This document shows positions 7,934-17,104 of a DNA stretch of 52,598 bases, piece after piece; the stretch's first letter is position 1, and each line of letters starts with the position of its first letter. This DNA comes from a virus (taxonomy: Duplodnaviria; Caudoviricetes): positions 1-52,598 of IMG/VR virus record IMGVR_UViG_3300036715_002741. The stretch is one strand, 5' to 3'. A program made the translations under genes and the position numbers. The notes under the pieces are model-generated. The model had not been told where the DNA came from and made no database searches. It was given only the letters and a program-made list of their open reading frames with translations.

Positions 7934-8282
7934 CGTCTTTCAATTCTTGGTTTATCAAACAAACGGCTGTTATATGCGACTTTAATTCGTGCATTGATTC
8001 CCTGTTGTGGTCTATTTTTTTGTCTATACTACCAAGCATTTTTTCAAAAACAGAGTGGTCTACTTTGTGGTCTTCTATCCATTTATCAAATATCTTGTTA
8101 TGATTTTCCACCCATTGATCGAAGTTTTTATTATGATCATCTGTCCATTGCTTGAAATGTATTGCGTCAACTTTTTTTCGCTCAACTTCTCTAACCAGAT
8201 TAAACATCCATTTTAGAGCACCAACAAATGTACCTGCGGTGGCTATATCCAAACCTATAGATATGTTTTCCATGGTAATCAT
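7908..8282 (-). CDS. Membrane-anchored coiled-coil protein with 11-aa repeats (lysis cassette, holin-like)
   Basis: N-terminal hydrophobic helix; FKQWTDDHNKN/FDQWVENHNKI/FDKWIEDH repeats. Confidence 0.5.
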   Translation of the reverse strand: MITMENISIGLDIATAGTFVGALKWMFNLVREVERKKVDAIHFKQWTDDHNKNFDQWVENHNKIFDKWIEDHKVDHSVFEKMLGSIDKKIDHNRESMHELKSHITAVCLINQELKDVILGSKKN

Positions 8283-8686
8283 TTGTTTATTTTCTCGATA
8301 TATATAAGCAATAAAGCAACAAAAAGCCCAATCGTGCCAGCATTAAAAAAAGATGCTGTTTGTGAATGGATTGAAAGATAATAATATAAATTAGATGGGG
8401 TTATTTTAAATCCCAGATATAGGCAATAACAAATGGATATGCCGAAACAGTAACCACTGATAGCAGCTCTGGTTATGTTGCTTAATTGCCGAGCTTTAAA
8501 CGCAAAAAAATATGCACATAATATAGATGCGATCATGGCTATTAAACTGCTGATGTGCGCTACTTGTTCTTTTTGGGCATCACTTAGGAAAACACAGATA
8601 AACGTAGATGTGGCGAATAGCGCAGTAAACCTTAAAAGCATCTTTTTTATTGGGAATTCTTTTATTACAGTGTCTATTGCGCGCAT
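8279..8686 (-). CDS. Four-TM membrane protein
   Basis: Four hydrophobic segments; overlaps both neighbours. Confidence 0.6.
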   Translation of the reverse strand: MRAIDTVIKEFPIKKMLLRFTALFATSTFICVFLSDAQKEQVAHISSLIAMIASILCAYFFAFKARQLSNITRAAISGYCFGISICYCLYLGFKITPSNLYYYLSIHSQTASFFNAGTIGLFVALLLIYIEKINK

Positions 8687-9288
8687 TTACTTCTGCCCAT
8701 CTCTACCATGTCTTGAGTTATCTCGTACCAATCATTAGGAAACTTTTTCTCATGGTCTGCATATCCCCCCACTAAATCTGAGTCCTGGTCACCAATATTA
8801 ATCAAGATATGCTCTCCTTTTTCTACAAGAGCCTTTCTTTGCATAATTTTGTAATTTTGAATTGTACCGTGATCGTCATCATCGCGTAACAATAAATCCG
8901 TGTATTGAGCATATCCAGCGTTAGCAAGTAACTCTTTCGCATATTGAGTATATTTCTTCCTTCTGCTGCTCAGGACGTAAACCTTAATGTTTCTAGCCAT
9001 GCACAAGTTAACAAAATCTATAACACATGGAAAAGCCGGATAGTTGGTAGTAACCATTATTTCAGCTAAACTCTCATCAAACCATCCATCGTCGAATTTA
9101 TTAATCGTTCGCTGTAGAGAAATCATGGTTTCATCGATATCAATAACTACAGAGACGTTTGGGATTTTATTTTCTATCACAATTTCAACTGCTTCTGCTA
9201 CTTTGGCTGAAATATCGGCATAATATTGTCCAGATTTGACATATTCTGCAAGTTGTCTTTTTAATCTATCTATATTCATTTCATGCAC
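8674..9288 (-). CDS. HAD superfamily subfamily IIIB acid phosphatase
   Basis: DIDET (motif I), LSSR (II), YK (III), IGDQDSDLVGG (IV), FPNDWY. Confidence 0.85.
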   Translation of the reverse strand: MHEMNIDRLKRQLAEYVKSGQYYADISAKVAEAVEIVIENKIPNVSVVIDIDETMISLQRTINKFDDGWFDESLAEIMVTTNYPAFPCVIDFVNLCMARNIKVYVLSSRRKKYTQYAKELLANAGYAQYTDLLLRDDDDHGTIQNYKIMQRKALVEKGEHILINIGDQDSDLVGGYADHEKKFPNDWYEITQDMVEMGRSKCAQ

Positions 9289-9491
9289 CTTTGCTCGTAA
9301 GCTTTATTTATTCCGGCTATTTGTATTTTGGATTCCTTGGACAACATGTTTATTTCTTGATGGGTAAGCCTGATTTTATATCCCCAAATGCAGAAAGGGT
9401 CAATCCCTTGCGTCTTTGCGCAAGAACTCATCAATAGACATAGGCTCAACATTATGCAGTTTATCAATAGTTTTTTTAGTCTCGATCCCAC
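9276..9491 (-). CDS. o-spanin (Rz1-like lipoprotein)
   Basis: Lipobox LMSSC; conserved Cys residues; overlaps the i-spanin 3' end. Confidence 0.65.
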   Translation of the reverse strand: MGSRLKKLLINCIMLSLCLLMSSCAKTQGIDPFCIWGYKIRLTHQEINMLSKESKIQIAGINKAYEQRCMK

Positions 9492-9621
9492 TTTTAACCT
9501 CTTCTTTTATCTGTTCGCTTTGCTCTTCCTTTTTCCCTTCTTTTTTCCCATAAAAAAATAAGGTAATAAAACCTAAAACTACCGCTCCAATATAACCGCA
9601 TATTTCAAGTATTTTTTTCAT
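9400..9621 (-). CDS. i-spanin (Rz-like)
   Basis: N-terminal TM followed by a charged helix; downstream of the holin. Confidence 0.6.
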   Translation of the reverse strand: MKKILEICGYIGAVVLGFITLFFYGKKEGKKEEQSEQIKEEVKSGIETKKTIDKLHNVEPMSIDEFLRKDARD

Positions 9622-9623
9622 GA

Positions 9624-9869
9624 TTAATCTTTCCTTTTGTTTTCCCATATAGTAGCAACCAACGTTAGAAATGGTGCTCCTACTATGGAAATAAGGACTT
9701 CACTGACTACACTTGGGCTAGCTATAACATGCTGTAATCCATAGACAATCACTACCATAGCAAGTAGATAGCCAATTATAGACCCAATTAAAGCAACAAG
9801 CCTTTTAGAGCTTTTATTGCCCCATCTATCACGCATGAAACCAACGCCGCCGATTTGTTCTGTTTTCAT
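9624..9869 (-). CDS. Holin (2 TM)
   Basis: D..GNKSSKR followed by two TM helices and a basic C-terminus; follows the endolysin. Confidence 0.65.
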   Translation of the reverse strand: MKTEQIGGVGFMRDRWGNKSSKRLVALIGSIIGYLLAMVVIVYGLQHVIASPSVVSEVLISIVGAPFLTLVATIWENKRKD

Positions 9870-10363
9870 AAATAAGGAGCCACTAATTCATCATACGATT
9901 CAACAAACCCTTCAACCGTTCCCTTGCCTTTTTCTGTGTTATAATATTTTTTCCAATAGTGAGCCATCCCTTCAACGTCGTCCTCATCTGGTAATGGTGA
10001 TTGTATGCTGTAATAAAGGCATCTAGCAATGGCACAATTATATTGATGGTTGTGCTCTAACGCAACCAAATTGATATCGGTTGATACTATTCCTGTGTTA
10101 ATGTGTGTTCTTCCCCTTATTCGCTTAACAGCTTGATACATATCAGGCTTATGCGCCATTAACCAACTTAGAACAAGATTGTTAGTGGGTGGTTCTACCT
10201 GTCCTAACCCTAGCGCAGGACCACCGCCAATTTGTACTAAATACGTACCTAACCTAGATTCATGAGCGAAAGTACCAAGAAGTAGATTTTTACCCGTAGA
10301 CAACCCCAGCTCATGTAGAGTTGGGGTTATTATCTTGGTGGTTATATATTCAATACTTAACAT
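9866..10363 (-). CDS. Endolysin, lysozyme/transglycosylase-like
   Basis: TFAHES catalytic Glu; GGPALGLGQVEP; YWKKYYNT..GKGT. Confidence 0.75.
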   Translation of the reverse strand: MLSIEYITTKIITPTLHELGLSTGKNLLLGTFAHESRLGTYLVQIGGGPALGLGQVEPPTNNLVLSWLMAHKPDMYQAVKRIRGRTHINTGIVSTDINLVALEHNHQYNCAIARCLYYSIQSPLPDEDDVEGMAHYWKKYYNTEKGKGTVEGFVESYDELVAPYL

Positions 10364-10376
10364 TTAATGTCTCATT

Positions 10377-11975
10377 TTACGATGTGCTATAACTAAAGCT
10401 TACTTTTCTGCCAAGAAATAATAGTCCAGTACCGGTGACGGCTGGGAAAGCACTTGACTCTAAATAAAATATTTTCAGAAAGCCAACGGTATTAATTTCA
10501 ACAACTCCTAAGCCAAGCCATGTTGGCGCCATCGTGAAGGCATACTTGTTTGTCCCTGTTGGTCTCCATGTGGCTGGTATTGCGGTAGTACTTACAATAG
10601 AGGCCGATGTGTTATTACCAACTACGGTAATGCTCGGTATTTCAACAAAAACTATATCTCCTATTTTTTTAAAATACAAAGTTACCGACACATTGTTGAT
10701 AGGTCCTCCAATGGTGAGAGCAACAGATGTCCAAGAGCCAATCCCAGTGCTAGGGACGTAATAATCAGTCCCTGCCACTGCCGCCAATAAAATTCCCGAG
10801 ACGTCTGCCTTTACTACACCAGCATTACTTAATGATGGTATTGTAACTGATCCATCATTATTTACTGAAACCCTATTTGTTAGAGTATCTGGTGAAGAAT
10901 TAGCTACAAAATTAACCGCAAAAGCCATGCCATCATAATTACTGTTAGCAAAACTATATGAAATAGTTGTTGTGGGTGATGATGCTGCTTTACTACTTCC
11001 TGCCGCATATATTGTGCCGGCAGTACCTGTCCAAATCGCTGTTTGACCACCAGTAATAGTTAATGCGCCCGATGAACTTGTCATTAAATCTATCACTAAT
11101 TGATTGGTGGTTGACACTGGAGAAATTGAAGCGGAAGTTCCAAAACTATTAACAGTAGAAACAGCGCCAAATGGTGTTGATTGATTAGCTCCTGTAATAT
11201 TAATTGCTCGCGCACATATGGCGGCAGTTGAAGATAAATTTACAATAACATTGCTTGTTCCAACTGCTGGCGCAATCAAATACCATGTTTCAATGCGGGA
11301 AGATGCCCCAGTAACCCCAGACAAAAGAGTCGCAGAAACACCGCCATAAGTTACCGAAGATGCACTAACTCCACTATAAGATAACGCTAATTGTATTATT
11401 AATATGCGGTTAGACCCAACTGGGACAGTATGCGAAAATGTCAATGCAGCTGTACTAGCACTATTTCCTGCTGTTGAAGTACCAACTACTGGCGATGAAC
11501 TAATTGGAGCAGCAGTTCTAAGTATTATTTTACCGCTTCCTCCGGAGCCAGTGCCGTTGCTTGCGTCTATATATAAATCATTACCTGCTATGCTATCTCC
11601 AGTAGCAGCGGCTCCTCTTATTTTGCCGACTCCAACAGTTCCAGTACCATCTCCGCTACCAAGAATAGTTTCAGCAGTGGCGGTTAAAGTTGGATTAACA
11701 ACATTAATAGGCAAACTTAACGTGACCGCACCAGTTGAAGCGGACGCGGTTATTTGATCGGCTGTTCCAGTTAGGCTAGTCACCCCTACGCTTCCTGTTG
11801 ATGCTGATATTGTTTGCTGTCCTGTTACTGGGTTTTGCAAAAGAGTAATGTTAGTGCCGGCAGCAATAGGAATAATTGGCTTTAGTACCCCTAAACTATC
11901 AGCAACCAACGATTGACCGATAGCATATCCATTTGTTATTGCTTGAAGTTGATTTTTGTCGATTATGTTTGTCAT
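10377..11975 (-). CDS. Tail fiber / receptor-binding protein
   Basis: Gly/Ser/Thr-rich beta protein; C-terminal IGDIVFV...IPATWRP domain. Confidence 0.7.
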   Translation of the reverse strand: MTNIIDKNQLQAITNGYAIGQSLVADSLGVLKPIIPIAAGTNITLLQNPVTGQQTISASTGSVGVTSLTGTADQITASASTGAVTLSLPINVVNPTLTATAETILGSGDGTGTVGVGKIRGAAATGDSIAGNDLYIDASNGTGSGGSGKIILRTAAPISSSPVVGTSTAGNSASTAALTFSHTVPVGSNRILIIQLALSYSGVSASSVTYGGVSATLLSGVTGASSRIETWYLIAPAVGTSNVIVNLSSTAAICARAINITGANQSTPFGAVSTVNSFGTSASISPVSTTNQLVIDLMTSSSGALTITGGQTAIWTGTAGTIYAAGSSKAASSPTTTISYSFANSNYDGMAFAVNFVANSSPDTLTNRVSVNNDGSVTIPSLSNAGVVKADVSGILLAAVAGTDYYVPSTGIGSWTSVALTIGGPINNVSVTLYFKKIGDIVFVEIPSITVVGNNTSASIVSTTAIPATWRPTGTNKYAFTMAPTWLGLGVVEINTVGFLKIFYLESSAFPAVTGTGLLFLGRKVSFSYSTS

Positions 11976-11991
11976 GATATTTTCCTATCTG

Positions 11992-13194
11992 TTAAGGTGC
12001 TGTGGTAGTTGGATATACACAACTAAAACCTATTACTCCTACAGTTCCAGACGCAGGAAACACTGTCCCGCCAGGCCCTGCTGAAAATGTAAATGCTCCA
12101 GCAGCCGAAACCCCAAATGTGCCAATCGCATACGTAGCCGCAGCTGTTTGCACATACAGAGGGCCATTAATGCTATTTGGCGGTCGATATTCTACAGGCA
12201 ATGCTGATGATGAGGCGAAATTTGCTGCAGCAGTAGAGGTTCCTGAGAACCCTGTCTTCATAGTTAGCAATACAAGATCGTTGATTATCTGCGCATAAAA
12301 AATAACGCCATTTATTGTTGATGGCCCAGTAAAATTTGTTGTAAATTTAAGTAACCCGGTGTTTTTTGTGGCTGATTTAATATTACCATTTATATCGGAC
12401 GTTAAAAGTCCTTGTTGGTAGATATATCCGTATGGAGTATATGTTGCCGTGCGTTGCACTGCGTTAAATAATTGGAAGTTCGCGAACGATCCATTACTTG
12501 GGAATGACGCGAAAGCATTACACCATCCTACCTGTATAACGTCAGCAGTAGAGTTTCTTGTCCCCGTTTGAGTAAGTGTAGAACCAAATTGAACTCCATT
12601 TATAAACAATCTAGTAGCACCACTAGTTACATTAAGGTTCACGGAAAATTTATAGTCAACCCCAGATGTAGGGTTCCATGCCCCAAGATTGCCGGTGACA
12701 TTGCTAATTATTGCCGTTCCAGACGAATCATTAACATATAGCACCAAACTTCCGTTGTTCAAATGTTGCAGTGTAATTAAATTAGCATTTGTTCCGCTCT
12801 TATTTATGCCGAAAAGAATTGTGGCAGCACCGGAAGGAGCAGAATTATAATTAGGCTTATATGTAAATTCTATAGTTCCAACCTGCTGAATTGGGGAAGC
12901 TGTTATTGTATAAGTTACATAACGATTGCTATTATTAGCACAATCTAAATATCCATTGAAAATAAATGCTCCTCCAGTTGCTGTTCCAGTTGTGCTCATC
13001 CCCGCAATGGCGTAATCAGCGTTTATTGTTGATGAATAAATGGCTGCGAACGCTGAATTAGGAGCTGGGAAAAGTGCGCCATTTACAAACGTTGCTTGCG
13101 CATTAAATGTATTAATACCAGTAAAATTATTAGTTGATGCGATACCGGCATAATCCAATGCTGAAAGCTGGTTTTTATTTACTAAACTTGTCAT
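11992..13194 (-). CDS. Tail fiber with a LamG/concanavalin-like domain
   Basis: GTIEFTYKP...RLFINGV...FANFQLFN pattern; C-terminal LPVEYRP domain. Confidence 0.7.
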   Translation of the reverse strand: MTSLVNKNQLSALDYAGIASTNNFTGINTFNAQATFVNGALFPAPNSAFAAIYSSTINADYAIAGMSTTGTATGGAFIFNGYLDCANNSNRYVTYTITASPIQQVGTIEFTYKPNYNSAPSGAATILFGINKSGTNANLITLQHLNNGSLVLYVNDSSGTAIISNVTGNLGAWNPTSGVDYKFSVNLNVTSGATRLFINGVQFGSTLTQTGTRNSTADVIQVGWCNAFASFPSNGSFANFQLFNAVQRTATYTPYGYIYQQGLLTSDINGNIKSATKNTGLLKFTTNFTGPSTINGVIFYAQIINDLVLLTMKTGFSGTSTAAANFASSSALPVEYRPPNSINGPLYVQTAAATYAIGTFGVSAAGAFTFSAGPGGTVFPASGTVGVIGFSCVYPTTTAP

Positions 13195-13215
13195 GGAAAT
13201 CTCCCAAAATTAATT

Positions 13216-16200
13216 TCACCCAAAATATCTAACTAATAACGTGTCGGTGGTAGCGGTTGTAACTCCAGCTGGATTTAGCCATGTTAAAGTTGTTCCTGAC
13301 ACAGAAAAATCAACGCCATTTTGCGCGTACACAATCCCATTTCTAACAACGTCAACTACTATTAACGGAGTTACGGAATAAGCATTTGCAAATGAGGTTT
13401 GCCCATTAGAGCTGACAGTAACAACATTTGCTCTAAAAGAAGATGGCGAATATGCGGTGCCACCAGCGTTACCAATCATTAATTGCCCTACTGTTGGCAC
13501 CGTGTTAGGGACAATAGAAGCTTTAGTTTGCACGTCGTTAGTGACGTTACCTAAGCCAACTTGTGTTTTTGTTAATCCTGTTAAACCTGAACCATTCCCA
13601 GTAGGAGCTAAATAATCAGTTCCTGCCGAAGCTGGCGAAACATTTCCTAATCCATCAGCTTTTAATATACCGTTTATCGCACCAGCTCCTCCCTTCGATG
13701 ATGAAATCACATCTGCATCCCATGTGCCAGTTGTAATTATTCCTAATGTGGTTAGATTAGTGCTACCAGTCCATACAGATAAAGTAGCCATAACATCGGC
13801 ATTATCTACCTTGTCCCATCCAGTACCATTATAAACCATCCAGTCGCCAACCAAATATGCAGTGCCGCTAATTGTGCCGGCAACATTTGTTATCCAGTAT
13901 TGAGCAGCCACAGCCCCGGTAGGATATACACCAGTGCTAGCGTCCCAAACTCCTTGGTAAGAAAAATCACCAGTAAATCCAGGCGGAAGTTGTGAGGTAG
14001 GTATTCTGATGGTAGCATCTAAGGTGGCTAATCCGTTAGCAACTCCCTTTTGCCCAGTTAAAAATGCCGTGCTAGCTAATTTAGTAGTGTTATCTCCTAA
14101 TGCTTGGGTTGTGCATGTAGTGCCATTTCTTAATGATACTGACGTAACAATAGCGCCACTATATGTGGTTGCGCTCATTTGAGACAAAGAGCCAATATCC
14201 GCCGTTAATGTTGCGTTAGCTCCAGTCACTACTGCGGTAGGAATCAATGAGCCATTTACAGTTGTTAATGCCGTGGCGAATGTATCGTCCATCAATAATG
14301 AACCACCAATAGCATTGCAGTTGGTTATAGTAACTGTTGAGCCTTTTGTAGTAATATCGCCAGTAGTTGTTGATGAGTTAATAGCAAATCTATCCCGGCC
14401 GTCTCTCGGCGTAAAAGTCACCAAGCCATTACAATAAGAATTAAACACCTCAACTATTGTAAATGCTGCCCCACCAAGAGTATTGAAATCTAAGCTCAAA
14501 TGACTGCCAGCGATAGATATATTAGATAGGCTAATACGCCCATCTATAGTCATACAATCAGCGCCAAGACCTATATAGCCGTCTTGAGAGGTTATGCGCG
14601 TGGCATATTTTGAAGCGCCGCATATATGAATATTAGGCTGCAACAATATTGTTGGCTCTGAATGTGCTCCTGCCGAATAATAAGCCACAAATGGATTGCT
14701 TGATGATGGCTGGCTTGGAATAGGCAATAAATTTATTGCTGAAACCATCCCATTATAAGTCGCGAATGGTTTTGCTCTGTCCCCAACTATTCCAGTGGTA
14801 TCGCTCCCGTAAATTTGGTCGACAATACTAATATTCGCTTCCTTGATATCAGGTGATGATGATTTTAGGGTATTAAGTGCATCGGTTACATCATTACCAC
14901 TTACCGAGCTTAAGTTTTTTGTGTTTGTTGATGTGTTTAAATAAACTATTTGGCTTATTGTAGCTCCTCCAGAAAGAATAATCCCTCCCGTAGGATAAGA
15001 TGCTGCATCGATTTTTAACGTTACAGTGGTTCCTGATATGGTTATTGACCCTGGAATTGTAGTGCCAATAACGGTTACATTATTTGTTACTCCAGAGACT
15101 GAGCCTCTTAACATCATAGATTGTATAGAGCAATCTTTAATGGTCGATACTGTATTCGCAACTGTTGCCTCAATGGTTACATAACCTGCTTTTTCAGGGC
15201 AACTTAACATGTTAAAATGTCCGCCATCTACAGTTATATCTCCAGTTATTGGAGTATTGAAAAAATTAAATGTATCTAGTGAATCATTGCCAACCCCAGC
15301 GTTTGTACGTCCAGTTAAATATACCAATCCATTCACGTATGCAGCATTAAAGTTAAACTCTGCGCCAGCCGTACCGCCAACATCTCTCATATCCAATGAC
15401 AAAGACATTCCAGCAAGCATCACTTTTTCTATAGCTATGCGGCATGAATTAGTGTCAAACGTTGACCCAACTAATAGACTCGCGGAGGAAACTACTCTAC
15501 TGGCGACATAACTAGCCCCAGAAATAGAAATGTACGGTTTCAGAACAACATTTGCTTCGTTGTGTTCCCCAGCCGTGTAATAGATTAAAAACGGATTACT
15601 AGTAGACGGCGCCGGGTCTAATAGCCCAATTGTTGCCGCTGAATTATTATAAGTCAAAAACGGTTTACTTAAATCACCTACAACTCCAGTGGCATCATTA
15701 CCCGTTAACTGGTCGATAATAGCCTTATTAGCTTCTGTAATGCTAGTAGCTACACTCGTGGAATCTATTGTTTTTGCCCCCGTGCTAGGATCAGTAGTTA
15801 TTGATATATTAGAACCAGCTATTAAAGCATCTAACATTATAACATCTCCTGTGCTATTAGCCACTGGAATATGTCCTAAAGTTGCACCAGTCTTTGATAA
15901 AAAATGGCCGTCAGCATAACTTTCTGCGGCACTTTGAGCACCCGATGCAGCAGTATCAACGTATTGTTTGTCTGTAAATGGGTTAGTTGCAGTGGCCGTA
16001 TTAGGTGCGTTGTCCATGGCTTTTTTTTGATCGACAGAAGGGAATCTAGCATCATTAGAGCTAGCTTTTGTTGCCAACGCTGTGATAGCTGTGTTGGTGT
16101 CATACACTGGATTAGAATTAGATAATGCGATTGCGGCAGCGGTTAGAGCATCTTTTTCTTCCGAGGTTGGGAATCTAGCATCGCTAGACTGCGCTAATCC

Positions 16201-16332
16201 AGCGGTAAAATAAGATTTCTCTTGGGCTCTGGTTGTATATCTGGTGCCAACGCCAACTTGAGAGGTTTCTTGTGCGTCATCATCATTAACTAAAGAAGCT
16301 TGCTTATCTCTTATCTTTTTGTAATCAGTCAT
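13216..16332 (-). CDS. Large tail fiber/tailspike with duplicated beta-helix-like domains
   Basis: 1038 aa; two G.D.TG.VGD..KPF.TYN modules; YQGVWDAS...VGDW.VYNG..W domain; VGLGNV.N motif. Confidence 0.75.
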   Translation of the reverse strand: MTDYKKIRDKQASLVNDDDAQETSQVGVGTRYTTRAQEKSYFTAGLAQSSDARFPTSEEKDALTAAAIALSNSNPVYDTNTAITALATKASSNDARFPSVDQKKAMDNAPNTATATNPFTDKQYVDTAASGAQSAAESYADGHFLSKTGATLGHIPVANSTGDVIMLDALIAGSNISITTDPSTGAKTIDSTSVATSITEANKAIIDQLTGNDATGVVGDLSKPFLTYNNSAATIGLLDPAPSTSNPFLIYYTAGEHNEANVVLKPYISISGASYVASRVVSSASLLVGSTFDTNSCRIAIEKVMLAGMSLSLDMRDVGGTAGAEFNFNAAYVNGLVYLTGRTNAGVGNDSLDTFNFFNTPITGDITVDGGHFNMLSCPEKAGYVTIEATVANTVSTIKDCSIQSMMLRGSVSGVTNNVTVIGTTIPGSITISGTTVTLKIDAASYPTGGIILSGGATISQIVYLNTSTNTKNLSSVSGNDVTDALNTLKSSSPDIKEANISIVDQIYGSDTTGIVGDRAKPFATYNGMVSAINLLPIPSQPSSSNPFVAYYSAGAHSEPTILLQPNIHICGASKYATRITSQDGYIGLGADCMTIDGRISLSNISIAGSHLSLDFNTLGGAAFTIVEVFNSYCNGLVTFTPRDGRDRFAINSSTTTGDITTKGSTVTITNCNAIGGSLLMDDTFATALTTVNGSLIPTAVVTGANATLTADIGSLSQMSATTYSGAIVTSVSLRNGTTCTTQALGDNTTKLASTAFLTGQKGVANGLATLDATIRIPTSQLPPGFTGDFSYQGVWDASTGVYPTGAVAAQYWITNVAGTISGTAYLVGDWMVYNGTGWDKVDNADVMATLSVWTGSTNLTTLGIITTGTWDADVISSSKGGAGAINGILKADGLGNVSPASAGTDYLAPTGNGSGLTGLTKTQVGLGNVTNDVQTKASIVPNTVPTVGQLMIGNAGGTAYSPSSFRANVVTVSSNGQTSFANAYSVTPLIVVDVVRNGIVYAQNGVDFSVSGTTLTWLNPAGVTTATTDTLLVRYFG

Positions 16333-16364
16333 TTTTATACCTTTTATATAATTTTATAAATAAA

Positions 16365-16529
16365 TCAATCTGTTATTCTTGTTTCGCCTTCATCGGTTAT
16401 TCTGATCTCATCCTCATCGGTTATTCTGACGCTCACGTCTACGGGAGGCGGAGGAATATTATCTGAAGAGATAACGCTATAAACCAAGGACTTAACAACA
16501 TGTTTTATTGTTTTAGAAAAACAACTCAT
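16365..16529 (-). CDS. Small tail-associated protein with three RITD repeats (absent from the ORF track)
   Basis: Manually translated: MSCFSKTIKHVV...PPPPVDVSVRITDEDEIRITDEGETRITD, 54 aa. Confidence 0.6.
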   Translation of the reverse strand: MSCFSKTIKHVVKSLVYSVISSDNIPPPPVDVSVRITDEDEIRITDEGETRITD

Positions 16530-16539
16530 TATATGATCT

Positions 16540-16842
16540 CTAACTTAGACAAACATTTACTTTGGATGCGCCAGTTGAGCCATTGAGTCTAGCTCTCACA
16601 TAATAACCAGCCCCAGCATAATCAAATTTTTCTAAAGAATTTTGCAAAAAAGCAGTTGGAGTTCCATCTGTTTTTGTTGGCACAACCCATTGTCCTCCAT
16701 CTCTTTTAACTTCTATCGTTACAGTGCCTCCACCAAATCCTACTGCGTCAATTAACAAACTTTTACAAGCTCCATCTGACTTCCATGCATCTCCAATCGT
16801 ATCAATATTTACTTCGCTCAATAATGTAATCATATTTTTCAC
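16540..16842 (-). CDS. Virion-associated beta protein
   Basis: GFGGGTVTIE...YVRARL pattern; AGGTG RBS. Confidence 0.6.
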   Translation of the reverse strand: MKNMITLLSEVNIDTIGDAWKSDGACKSLLIDAVGFGGGTVTIEVKRDGGQWVVPTKTDGTPTAFLQNSLEKFDYAGAGYYVRARLNGSTGASKVNVCLS

Positions 16843-16867
16843 CTATTTTTTATACCTGTTTTTCCCC

Positions 16868-16910
16868 AAAAAAAAGCCAACCCACAATCAAATGATTATG
16901 AATTGGCTTG
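16868..16910 (-). terminator. Intrinsic terminator-like hairpin upstream of the fiber genes
   Basis: AAGCCAATTCATAATC-ATTT-GATTGTGGGTTGGC followed by T8. Confidence 0.6.
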
Positions 16911-17104
16911 CTTGCTATTTTTAATTTTGCTTGCTTGCTATTCTTTTTTGTTCAATAATAAAACGCTTTGCGGATCACTCCCTTTGAGATTAGTTTTTAA
17001 CACATATTCCTTTATTATACCTTTTTTTGTTACAAAATATATAATAATTGGTAATTGATCGGCATTGAGCTTCAATTGATTTGGTTTAATCGACACAATA
17101 AAGC

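Noticed and set aside
10377-16332. Diversity-generating retroelement or invertible fiber switch
   Set aside because: No reverse transcriptase, invertase, or near-identical TR/VR or inverted repeat pair was seen.
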